Assembly (NCBI GenBank): GCA_021810565.1
Contig: JAJZIM010000008.1
Span: 7,883 to 71,882, forward strand
Length of the DNA: 64,000 nt
Direction: 5' to 3'
Source: Bacillota bacterium
GTDB taxonomy: Bacteria; Bacillota; Sulfobacillia; JAJZIM01
Part shown: in pieces, positions 1-11,762 of the stretch
How positions within the stretch are numbered: the stretch's first letter is position 1
How the letters are laid out: each line of letters opens with the position of its first letter
Translations under genes and position numbers: made by a program
Notes under the pieces: model-generated
Told to the model about the DNA's origin: nothing
Seen by the model: the letters and a program-made list of their open reading frames with translations, nothing else
Database searches by the model: none

Positions 1-241
1 GGTTGAAGCGGTTGCCTTGCTCATACGGCGAGATGTGCATCCGGTGCAGGAAGACCTCGCCTCCCTCCACCGCCGCATAGGCGTCGCGCAGGTTAACGCG
101 CCCCATGCGGATGGATTTGATCTCCGTCCCCGTCAGCGCCAGCCCCGCCTCGACGGTCTCCAGGACGTGATACTCATGGTAGGCTTTTCGGTTCTCCGCC
201 ACCACGCGGCGGGAGCCAGCCTGGGAACCGCGCTGCTGCAA
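1..241 (-). CDS. smpB: SsrA-binding protein SmpB (5' part, runs off window edge)
   Basis: Not in the ORF track. Hand translation from TTG at 241 gives ...[68 protein letters not shown], which carries the SmpB signatures. GGAG RBS upstream. Confidence 0.95.
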   Translation of the reverse strand, partial: MQQRGSQAGSRRVVAENRKAYHEYHVLETVEAGLALTGTEIKSIRMGRVNLRDAYAAVEGGEVFLHRMHISPYEQGNRFN

Positions 242-283
242 GACTACCGCTCCGTTCCGGATGCGGAGGCGCTCCGCCGCCTT

Positions 284-312
284 ATGATACCATCCCCGGG
301 ACGCGCCGTCAA
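284..312 (-). promoter_or_regulatory. sigmaA-type promoter for smpB
   Basis: TTGACG-N17-TATCAT on the minus strand. Confidence 0.6.
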
Positions 313-344
313 GCTCAGATGCCTCTTTATCCCACTGTGCCCGG

Positions 345-581
345 TTATTTCATCATGATGCCCAGAATCAGGGATACCAGCAAGAACAGCACCGAGAACC
401 CGGTGGTGAAGCGGCTAAGGATCTCGTCCAGGCCCCGCTTCTTGCCGAACACGTTCTCGCCCGCCCCGGCGATGGCTCCGGACAGACCCGCGCTGTGCCC
501 GGATTGCAGCAGCACCGTCGCCACCAAACCGGCGCACATGATGAAGTCCACGCCGATCAACAATATCTCCCAGATGCTCAT
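345..581 (-). CDS. secG: preprotein translocase subunit SecG
   Basis: 78 aa, two TM segments, [17 protein letters not shown] motif, directly downstream of eno. Confidence 0.93.
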   Translation of the reverse strand: MSIWEILLIGVDFIMCAGLVATVLLQSGHSAGLSGAIAGAGENVFGKKRGLDEILSRFTTGFSVLFLLVSLILGIMMK

Positions 582-627
582 CCGACCACCTCCCCCGCTC
601 CCATGTTAAATCCCCCGCCCCCGGCTG

Positions 628-4160
<3,533 letters not shown>

Positions 4161-4164
<4 letters not shown>

Positions 4165-5348
4165 GGTGCGTCCTCCAGGCAGGCCACCCCCGGCAGCTCG
4201 CGTCCCTCCAGGAACTTGAGCGCCGCGCCGCCGCCCGTGCACAGATGGGACATGCGCTCGGCGACCCCCGCCTTGCGCACCGCCGCCGTGGCGTCGCCCC
4301 CGCCCACCACGGTGAGCCCCGGGTTGGCCGCCATGGCCCGAGCCACGCCGTAGGTGCCCTGTTCGAAACCGGGCACCTCGAACACCCCCAGAGGCCCGTT
4401 CCAAAAGACCGACCGCGCCCGGGCGATCACCTGCTCATACTCGCGCAGCGTCTGCGGTCCGATGTCCAAGGCCTGCCAGTCGTCGGGCATGCCGTCCACC
4501 GGCACCGCCCGGCGCGGCACCCCCTCCCGCGGCTCGGGCGCCACCACCATATCCACGGGCAGATGCACCTGCACGCCCCGCTCGGCGGCTTCCCGCAGCA
4601 GGTCTCCCGCCACGGCCAAAGCGTCCGTCTCCACCAGGGAAGATCCCATGTGCAGCCCGCTGGCCGCCAGGAAGGTGTTGGCCAGGCCGCCGCCCACCAG
4701 AGCCTCGTCCACCTTGCGCCACAAGCTTTTTAGCACCCCGATCTTGTCGGACACCTTCGCACCTCCCACCACCAGCAGGAACGGACGGGGCGGCTCCGAC
4801 AAGAACTCGCTCAGGTAGGCCAGCTCCTTCTCCAGCAGGAAGCCCGCCACCGCCGGCAAAAAGGCGCTCACGCCGACCACCGAGGCGTGCTGACGGTGCA
4901 CCACCCCGAAGGCGTCCTGGACGAAGACGTCTGCCAGTTGGGCCAGCCGCCGGGCAAACTCCGGCTCGTTGGCCTCCTCCTCCGGGTGGAAGCGCAGGTT
5001 CTCCAAGAGCAGCACCTCCCCCGGGTGCAACCGCTCGACCGCGTCCCGGGCTTCGGGACCTACGCACTGGTCGATCTTGCGCACCGGGCAATCCAAAAGC
5101 TCGGCCAAGCGGCGCGCCGCCGGATCCAGGCGCAGGGCCTCCACCACCCGGCCCTTGGGCCGGTCCATGTGGGAGGCCAGGATCACCCGGCAGCCCCGCT
5201 CCCGCAGGTAGCGGATGGTGGGCAGACTGGCCCGCAGGCGACCGTCGTCCTCCACCGTAAGGTCCGGGTTGAGGGGCACGTTGAAGTCCACGCGGACGAG
5301 GACGCGCTTGCCGTCCAGCGCCACCTCCCGCAGGGTCTTTTTCCGCAT
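4161..5348 (-). CDS. pgk: phosphoglycerate kinase
   Basis: MRKKTL start at 5348; RVDFNVP, LLENLRF, GGAKVSDKI, WNGPLGVFE, GGGD. Confidence 0.98.
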
Positions 5349-6358
5349 TATAGGCCTTGCTCCCCGATGAACTCGACCAGGTCCACCAGGCGGGTGGAGT
5401 AGCCCCACTCGTTGTCGTACCAGGCCACCACCTTGACCAAGTCGGCCACCGCCATGGTGGACAAGGCATCCACCACGCTGGAGAGGCTGGTGCCCCGGAA
5501 ATCGCTGGACACCAAAGGCTCGCGGCTGACCCCCAGGATCCCCTGCAGGGGACCGGTGGCGGCCGCCCGCTCCATGGCGTCGTTCACCTCGTCCACCTCG
5601 GCGGGTCGGCGCAGGGTCGCCACCAGGTCCACCACCGACACCGAGGGGGTGGGGACCCGGAAGGACATCCCGTTCATGCGTCCCTCTAGTTGCGGCAAAA
5701 CCTTGCCGATGGCCCGGGCGGCCCCCGTGGTGGTGGGGATGATGTTCACGGCCGCGGCCCGGGCGCGCCGCAGGTCCTTGTGGGGAAGATCCAGGATCCG
5801 CTGGTCGTTGGTGTAGGAGTGGATGGTGGTCATGAGACCGCGCTCGATGCCGAAGGCGTCGTCCAGGACCTTGGCCACCGGAGCCAGCCCGTTGGTGGTG
5901 CAAGAGGCGTTGGAGATCACGTGGTGCCGAGCCGGGTCATAGCGGTCCTGGTTCACCCCCATCACCACCGTCAGGTCCTCCCCCTTGGCGGGGGCGGAGA
6001 TGACCACCTTCTTGGCACCGCCAGAATTCAGGTGCGCCGCGGCCTTCTCCCGCTGGGTGAACAAGCCGGTGGACTCCACCACCACCTCCACCCCCAGGCT
6101 GCTCCACGGCAGGGCGCCCGGATCCCGCTCCGCCAAAATGCGCACGGTGCGCCCCTGCACCCGGATGGCCCCCTCCAGGGCCTCCACGTCGGCCGCCAAG
6201 GTGCCGTAGGTGGAATCGTACTTGAGCAGATGGGCCAGGGTGGCCGGACTGGTCAGGTCATTCACCGCCACTATCTCCATCCCCGGCCGGCCCATGGCGA
6301 TCCGAAAGAAGCGCCGGCCGATGGAGCCAAAGCCGTTGATGCCTACCCGCAATGGCAC
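5348..6358 (-). CDS. gap: type I glyceraldehyde-3-phosphate dehydrogenase
   Basis: GINGFG, LLKYDS, SNASCTTN, WYDNEWGYS. Confidence 0.99.
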   Translation of the reverse strand: MPLRVGINGFGSIGRRFFRIAMGRPGMEIVAVNDLTSPATLAHLLKYDSTYGTLAADVEALEGAIRVQGRTVRILAERDPGALPWSSLGVEVVVESTGLFTQREKAAAHLNSGGAKKVVISAPAKGEDLTVVMGVNQDRYDPARHHVISNASCTTNGLAPVAKVLDDAFGIERGLMTTIHSYTNDQRILDLPHKDLRRARAAAVNIIPTTTGAARAIGKVLPQLEGRMNGMSFRVPTPSVSVVDLVATLRRPAEVDEVNDAMERAAATGPLQGILGVSREPLVSSDFRGTSLSSVVDALSTMAVADLVKVVAWYDNEWGYSTRLVDLVEFIGEQGL

Positions 6359-6396
6359 GCAGCTACTCCCCCTTCCGTTGTTGACCTTCGCGCCTA

Positions 6397-6426
6397 ATTA
6401 TACCGTCATAACGTGGAACACCGCAA
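6397..6426 (-). promoter_or_regulatory. putative sigmaA promoter of the gap operon
   Basis: TTGCGG-N18-TATAAT, about 40 nt upstream of gap. Confidence 0.45.
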
Positions 6427-6690
6427 CCCGCAACAAACCGGCCTCCCCCGCTCGGCGTCCGACCCCTCTTCCCGCCGAGCCCGGAAGCCCTGTCCCCTCC
6501 GCCACCGTCCGGCGTGATCCCCACCGAGACAGACGGGGGCGCAACTAACCGGACACGAACCTCCCGGCCGACCCGGGGCTGCGTCCAATCCCGGCCCGGC
6601 TCCCGCCGCGGCCCTTGGGCTAGAATGACAAGGCCTCGCCTTTATGATATGATACAAGGTGGCTGCGAGGATTATGGAAAACTGGGGGGC

Positions 6691-7107
6691 ATGGCCGTGC
6701 CCGCGTGGGTCTTCGAAGCTACCCTGGCCTTGATCGCCGCCCTGTTCCTGACCACCAGCATCCTCCTGGGCATGCTGGTGGGACAATTGCGCCGCAGCGC
6801 CCGCACCGTAGAGTCCCTGGCCCAGGAGGCGGTCAGCCAGATGGCCGCGACCCTGCGCAGCATGGAGACGACCTCGGAGGAGTTGCGGGAGGCGGGCCGA
6901 GACGCCAGGCGGCAGCTGGAGGAGGTGCAGCACATGTTGCGCACCGCCGATGCCGTGCTGGACAACGTCCGCTTCACCACCCGGCTAGTGCAGACCAGGA
7001 TCGGTCCGCCGCTGATCCAGGCGGCCAGCCTGCTTTCCGGCATCGGGCAGGGCCTGTCCTTTTTGGCCAAGAGAGGCGAGAAGAAAGGGGTGCACGAGGA
7101 TGTCTGA
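6691..7107 (+). CDS. DUF948/YtxG-like membrane-anchored coiled-coil protein
   Basis: N-terminal TM followed by heptad-like helical region; overlaps a YtxH-like gene; start at ATG 6691 after a G-run RBS (the track ORF starts further upstream). Confidence 0.7.
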   Translation: MAVPAWVFEATLALIAALFLTTSILLGMLVGQLRRSARTVESLAQEAVSQMAATLRSMETTSEELREAGRDARRQLEEVQHMLRTADAVLDNVRFTTRLVQTRIGPPLIQAASLLSGIGQGLSFLAKRGEKKGVHEDV

Positions 7108-7444
7108 TCGTGGTGGCAGTGGGGTCGGTTTCCTGGCGGGGGTCTTGGTGGGAGGGTTGGCGGGAGCCGCTTTGGGCCTCTTGCTCGCGCCCCAGACCGG
7201 CGCCGAGACCCGCAACCAGCTCGGCGAGCGGGGCAAGGCCCTGGGCCAGCAGGCCCGGGAGCTGGCCGACCGGACGCGGGATGTCTCCACCGACTTGGCC
7301 AACCGTGCCCGCAAGGTACTGAACCAGGAGCGGGAGGCGGCGCGCCAGGTGGTCGCCGCCGGCGCCGAGTCGCGGCGCCAAGAGAAGGAGGTCCTGGAGC
7401 GGGAGTTCAAGGAGACCGTGGATCGCCTGGCTCCGGAGAGTTGA
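7100..7444 (+). CDS. YtxH-domain general stress protein
   Basis: FLAGVLVGGLAGAALGLLLAPQTGAETR signature. Confidence 0.85.
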   Translation: MSDRGGSGVGFLAGVLVGGLAGAALGLLLAPQTGAETRNQLGERGKALGQQARELADRTRDVSTDLANRARKVLNQEREAARQVVAAGAESRRQEKEVLEREFKETVDRLAPES

Positions 7445-7461
7445 AGCGGCGCCCTCGGGAC

Positions 7462-7489
7462 AGCCCCGCCCACGGCGGGGCTTTTGCTT
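7462..7489 (+). terminator. intrinsic terminator
   Basis: AGCCCCGCC-cac-GGCGGGGCT followed by TTTGCTT. Confidence 0.75.
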
Positions 7490-7649
7490 GCCCACCTGTC
7501 GAAGTCAGATCCCTCGTGGGGGGAGCAAAATATGATATTTCGATGCCTAAATACAACATCCCATGCAAATATCACAATGTTTGTCATTCAGGCAGGAATT
7601 ACGCCAAAGTGATGGAACATATACTAAAAGCCCATGAGCGATGGGCACC

Positions 7650-7724
7650 CCGGCGGGTCATCGAGGAGGCTCGACCCGATCTCGCCCCGCCGGCGGCACA
7701 AACTTCGCGAGATCGGGATGGGGG
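7650..7724 (+). promoter_or_regulatory. conserved structured 5' leader (candidate pseudoknot), copy 1
   Basis: CCGGCGGG 7650-7657 pairs with CCCGCCGG 7686-7693; CCCGATCTCG 7675-7684 pairs with CGAGATCGGG 7708-7717; GAGGAGG at 7663-7669; same layout upstream of the paralogue. Confidence 0.55.
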
Positions 7725-8324
7725 ATGATGATGAAGAAGCTTCCCGGATCGTGGTCCCTGCCGGCCCTGGTGGCCGCCGCCGCGCTCCTAGCCGGGTGCG
7801 GCGTTCCGCCGAGCGCCACCACCCCCGCCGCTCCGGCCAAGGCCAGCACCGCTGCGGTGCAGAAGGCCGTCGTGCAGCGGGTGGACACCTACTTCGCCAA
7901 CGAGGCGAAGGCGCCGTTGGGCGGCAGCTACCAGATCAGCACCGCGGCGCTGTACAAGGCCCTGCAGAAGAACCCGAACCAGTTCCTGCTGCTGGACGTG
8001 CGCATGCCCTCCGGCCCGGCGACCGCCCCCGGCTACGCGCAGGGCCATATCGGCGGAGCGGTCAACGTGCCCTACCCCGACTTGGCCAAGAACCTGAACA
8101 AGATCAAGAAGCTGGACCAGGGCCGTCCCATCGTGACCATCTGCTACACCGGCCAGTGGGCCAATCAGTCGGAGGCGATCCTGCGTCTTTTGGGCTACAA
8201 CGCTTACGCCCTCCATCTTTCCATGAGCGACTGGAACCAGAAGACCGACATCCTGCCCCCGAAGCACACGGTGCCCAACTATCCCCTGGTAACGGGGACC
8301 AAGCCGGGCACCTTCAAGCCTTAG
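7725..8324 (+). CDS. rhodanese-like domain lipoprotein, copy 1
   Basis: Lipobox LLAGC; rhodanese motifs LLLDVR, YAQGHIGGAVNVP, active-site ICYTGQ, LRLLGY; start at one of the ATGs 7725/7728/7731. Confidence 0.88.
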   Translation: MMMKKLPGSWSLPALVAAAALLAGCGVPPSATTPAAPAKASTAAVQKAVVQRVDTYFANEAKAPLGGSYQISTAALYKALQKNPNQFLLLDVRMPSGPATAPGYAQGHIGGAVNVPYPDLAKNLNKIKKLDQGRPIVTICYTGQWANQSEAILRLLGYNAYALHLSMSDWNQKTDILPPKHTVPNYPLVTGTKPGTFKP

Positions 8325-8365
8325 TTCACCCATACCTCCTGGGGCCGCCGATGCGGCCCCCTTTT
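8221..8365 (+). repeat. near-identical direct repeat with 9607-9751 (rhodanese 3' end, 3' UTR and terminator)
   Basis: Hand alignment at offset 1386 shows 5 mismatches in 145 nt. Confidence 0.9.
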
Positions 8366-8368
8366 TTT
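8341..8368 (+). terminator. intrinsic terminator
   Basis: GGGGCCGC-cgat-GCGGCCCC, then C and T7. Confidence 0.85.
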
Positions 8369-8653
8369 CGTCCTGAAAGCCGGTCGTACACGGGAAACGA
8401 GCCGGTTCGGCCCCGGCGAGCCCACCCCGGATTGGCGCAACCTTTTGCCTTATTCAATGATTAAATCGGATATTTCAATGCGCCAATGCTTGATTCCCCG
8501 TGCAATTTTGACATGCAATTTTTATTATGTGTCTTTTTTCTGCAGGTTTTTTTGCTTCAGCACAGAATAACTCGGTGGCAGAGTGAGAGGAAGGATGAGG
8601 ATGCTATTCGCGGTTCCCGGCGATTGCCCTGAAAACCACGGGAGGTGCCGGGA

Positions 8654-8925
8654 ATGGCCGATGGCAAAATGGCACCGTTGGAGCTTTTGCGCACCCTGGC
8701 CGAGGACGAGGATACCGACTTCCCGCGCGAAGGGGTGCGGCTGGAGGGTGCGCGAAAAAACCGGCGCCGCACGCCATGAGCGCACCAAAGAGCGGGGCAA
8801 TCCCCGCAACGGCAGGCGGCCCAGGGACTGGGACACCCGGCTGGGCAAGAGCGTCTCGGGGATCCCCAAGATGCCCAGTGACGACCGTTTGCCGAACTTC
8901 CGGGAGCCCCGCCGCATAGTGGAAG
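8654..8925 (+). mobile_element. degenerate IS256-family transposase N-terminal remnant (frameshifted pseudogene)
   Basis: GGAGGT RBS, then MADGKMAPLELLRTLAEDEDTDFPREGVRL; after a frameshift EKTGAARHERTKERGNPRNGRRPRDWDTRLG..IPK...LPNFREPRR, matching the IS256 ER..RNG.R.R...TR.G....IPK pattern; no DDE domain follows. Confidence 0.7.
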
Positions 8926-9028
8926 GAGGTGGATTCGGCAGACACCGCAGCCTGATGGCCATCGCTCACGTCTCGCGAACCACAGACGGCTTTTCCCCCC
9001 TTTGACGAAATGCAACCAAGAACCAAGC

Positions 9029-9110
9029 CTGCCGGCGGTGAATTGAGGAGGAAAGACCCCGATCTCGCCCCGCCGGACAGACCCAAGACAGAGATCGGGA
9101 TGGGGCAAAG
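9029..9110 (+). promoter_or_regulatory. conserved structured 5' leader (candidate pseudoknot), copy 2
   Basis: CTG-CCGGCGG 9029-9038 pairs with CCGCCGG-a-CAG 9070-9080; CCCGATCTC 9058-9066 pairs with GAGATCGGG 9091-9099; GAGGAGG at 9045-9051. Confidence 0.55.
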
Positions 9111-9710
9111 ATGAAGATCAAGAGAACAATGGTTCTCCCTGCGCTATTGGCGGCGGCAGCCCTCTTGGCCAGTTGCGGCCCTCCCCCCGCCGTCGCGCCC
9201 TCCGCCCCCGCCCAGCCCAGCTCGGCAGCGGTGCAGACGGCCATCGCCCAGCGGGTCGAGTCCTACTACAACCACGCCTTCGACAACAAGACCATGGCCA
9301 CCTACCAGATCACCACCAAGCAACTGTACGGTGATCTGAAAGCCGACCCGAGCAAGTACTTTCTGGTGGACGTGCGCAAACCCAAGAACACCGTCAACTT
9401 CGGCATAACCGCTTATGGATACGACGGCAACCACATCCCCGGCGCGGTCAGCATCCCCTACGGCCCCGCGGTGGCCAAGGCCATCGCCGACAACGCGATC
9501 CCCAAGGACAAGACCATCGTCACCATCTGCTATACCGGGCAGTGGGCCAACCAGACGGCGGCGCTCCTGCGCCTATTGGGCTACCACGCCTACGCCCTGC
9601 ACCTGTCCATGAGCGACTGGAACCAGAAGACCGACGTCCTGCCCCCGAAGCACACGGTGCCCAACTATCCCCTGGTTACGGGGACCAAGCCGGGCACCTT
9701 CAAGCCTTAA
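9111..9710 (+). CDS. rhodanese-like domain lipoprotein, copy 2
   Basis: Lipobox LLASC; FLVDVR, GNHIPGAVSIP, ICYTGQWANQ; C-terminus nearly identical to copy 1. Confidence 0.88.
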   Translation: MKIKRTMVLPALLAAAALLASCGPPPAVAPSAPAQPSSAAVQTAIAQRVESYYNHAFDNKTMATYQITTKQLYGDLKADPSKYFLVDVRKPKNTVNFGITAYGYDGNHIPGAVSIPYGPAVAKAIADNAIPKDKTIVTICYTGQWANQTAALLRLLGYHAYALHLSMSDWNQKTDVLPPKHTVPNYPLVTGTKPGTFKP

Positions 9711-9726
9711 TTCGCCCATACCTCCT

Positions 9727-9751
9727 GGGGCCGCCGACGCGGCCCCCTTTT
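9727..9751 (+). terminator. intrinsic terminator (duplicate of 8341-8368)
   Basis: GGGGCCGC-cgac-GCGGCCCC, then CTTTT. Confidence 0.75.
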
Positions 9752-9788
9752 CATGCCGCAGTCCGCGGCAAAAAAACCCGCAGATACC

Positions 9789-10394
9789 CTACCGGCGCCC
9801 AGGCAGGGGCGGCATGGGAGGCCGCTCCCCGGTGCGCCAGCTGCCGGAAGGGGGCAGCTGGCCGAGGTCTACGGAGAAGCTCACGGGCCCGGAGGAGCCG
9901 TAGGCGGGCCCCTCCATCACGGCAAAGCACCGCATGACCCCCCGGGGCACCGGCAGCACGCAGCCGCCTACAGTCCGGATCCTCCCCCGGGGGGGCAGCG
10001 TCACCCTGTTCCCCGCCGGCAGGTACCTGGGAAGCCCTGCCGCAGGAGAAAGGGCGGTCCCCGCGGGCAGGCTCAGCACGAAGCCCGCCGGCACCGTCAT
10101 CCTCGCCCCCGAAGGCACCGGCCTGGGTCCCACCGCGCCGGGTGCATAAGCCAAACCGCCCTGCGCAAAGGTGATGACCACCGGCGCAGGTGAGCCTCCC
10201 CACCAGGCCTCGGGAGCCAGGCTCACCCCCCGGCTCAGGATGAACATCCGAGGCTTGCCGTAGCCCGAAACCGGCCTCGGTGCGGCGGCAGGGGTCTTGG
10301 TCTTCCCCGGAGCGCCCTTGGCCGCCCTACCGCCGCATCCGGTGGCGCCTAGCAGGAGGAAAAATCCGGTCAGGAGCAAGGCCAAGAGTCTCAC
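9789..10394 (-). CDS. hypothetical lipoprotein
   Basis: GGAGGAGG RBS; signal peptide with lipobox (LLLGATGC); Pro/Gly-rich; no family recognised. Confidence 0.6.
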   Translation of the reverse strand: MRLLALLLTGFFLLLGATGCGGRAAKGAPGKTKTPAAAPRPVSGYGKPRMFILSRGVSLAPEAWWGGSPAPVVITFAQGGLAYAPGAVGPRPVPSGARMTVPAGFVLSLPAGTALSPAAGLPRYLPAGNRVTLPPRGRIRTVGGCVLPVPRGVMRCFAVMEGPAYGSSGPVSFSVDLGQLPPSGSWRTGERPPMPPLPGRR

Positions 10395-10534
10395 CCGGCT
10401 CGCCTCCTCCCCCTCGGCTCGGCCCAGGTCGGCCCACCGGACGCCGATGCCCTCCGAAAAACCCGTGCCGGGCTTGCAAGGCCGGCGCCCGCTCCGGAAG
10501 GCGCGGCCGCATCTGCCGGAGTCCGCCGCGACCC

Positions 10535-11653
10535 TCAGCCCTCGGCCAAGAAGCGTCCCTTCTCGTAGACCAGCCGCCCGTCGGCGTACACCCGGCCCTC
10601 CCGGCGCAGGTCCACCACCAGGTCCCAGTGGAGGGCGGAGCGGTTCTCGCCCCCCGTTTCCGGGTAGGCCGCCCCCAAGGCCAAGTGCACCGTGCCGCCG
10701 ATCTTCTCGTCAAAGAGGGTGTTGCGGGTGTGGCGGGTGATGGCGTAGTTGTTGCCGAAAGAGAACTCCCCCAGCCGGCGAGAACCCTCGTCCAGGTCCA
10801 ACAGGGCGTGCAGGAACTTTTCCCCCTTGGCCGCGTGGGCCTCTTCCACCCGGCCGTCCCGGAAGACCAGCTCCACCCCCTCCACCTCCCGCCCGTCATG
10901 GATCGACGGAAAGCTGAAGCGCACCCGCCCCCGGGTGGCCTCCTCCAGCGGTCCGGTGAAGACCTCCCCGTCCGGCATGTTCTCGTGGCCGCAGCAGTTG
11001 ATCCAGCGCCGCCCCGCCACCCCCAGGGTGAGGTCCGTCCCGGGGGCCGTCAGGCGCACTTCGCGCACCTGGTTCAGCCACTCCACCAAGGCCTCCTGCT
11101 CTTGGGCGATGCGCCCCCACTCCGCCACCGGGTCGTCCCGGTCCACCAGGCAGGCGCGCAGCACGAAGTCCGCATACTCGGCCAGGGACATCTCCGCCTC
11201 CTGGGCGTCCGCCTGGGTGGGGTACTGCACGCCGCACCAGCGCAACTCGCCCCGCCCCGCCCGCTCCAGAAAGCGCTCCTGCAGGGGGCGCCGGGCCTGC
11301 CTGGCCCTGGCCTGCCGCGCCGGGTCCACCCCCGTCAAGGCGCGGGTGTTGTACTCGCCCCACACCCCCAGGGAGCAGTCGATGCGCTCCACCTCTTCCC
11401 GCTCCAGCGGCGACAGGAAGTCCAGCTGCTCCCCGCTGCCCGCTCGAAGCAACAGCTCGTCCAAGCCGTCCACCTCGATGCGGGTGAAGGGATGCCCTCC
11501 CACGCGCAGCACCGCCCGGTAGGCGGCCCGGACCAGGGGCGCGGCCAGGGCCGGCCCCGCGATGCGCACCAGGTCTCCGGGGCCCACCCCCAGGGAATAC
11601 TCCACCAGCACCCGGGCCAGCCGGTCCAGACGCGGATCCTCCAGCATCTCCAT
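10535..11653 (-). CDS. M29 family (AmpS/AmpT-like) aminopeptidase
   Basis: NMPDGEVFTGP, LGEFSFGNN, NTLFDEKIGGTVHLALGAAY, NRSALHWD; start may be 11647. Confidence 0.93.
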   Translation of the reverse strand: MEMLEDPRLDRLARVLVEYSLGVGPGDLVRIAGPALAAPLVRAAYRAVLRVGGHPFTRIEVDGLDELLLRAGSGEQLDFLSPLEREEVERIDCSLGVWGEYNTRALTGVDPARQARARQARRPLQERFLERAGRGELRWCGVQYPTQADAQEAEMSLAEYADFVLRACLVDRDDPVAEWGRIAQEQEALVEWLNQVREVRLTAPGTDLTLGVAGRRWINCCGHENMPDGEVFTGPLEEATRGRVRFSFPSIHDGREVEGVELVFRDGRVEEAHAAKGEKFLHALLDLDEGSRRLGEFSFGNNYAITRHTRNTLFDEKIGGTVHLALGAAYPETGGENRSALHWDLVVDLRREGRVYADGRLVYEKGRFLAEG

Positions 11654-11762
11654 CCCCCCGTTCGCCGCCCATTATATCCGAGGCGGCCCTCTCGCGCCAA
11701 GCCCTTGCCGGGGCGGGCTTTGCCGTGGTAAGATTTGGGGACATGCGGCGGAGGTGGACGGA

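Noticed and set aside
6490-6600. Possible CggR operator upstream of gap
   Set aside because: Only one partial CGGGA..TGTC half-site with wrong spacing, and no cggR gene
7788-8340. Antisense ORF preceded by AGGAGGT
   Set aside because: Zero SD-to-ATG spacing and a shadow-like product; the sequence is better read as a plus-strand 3'-UTR element
7634-8464. 276-aa alternative-frame ORF that includes the ATG right after the leader helix
   Set aside because: Overlaps the rhodanese out of frame, is low-complexity, and the equivalent ATG in copy 2 gives only a 4-codon ORF
8583-9005. 140-aa ORF as an intact gene
   Set aside because: Only its middle is protein-like and corresponds to the frameshifted IS256 fragment
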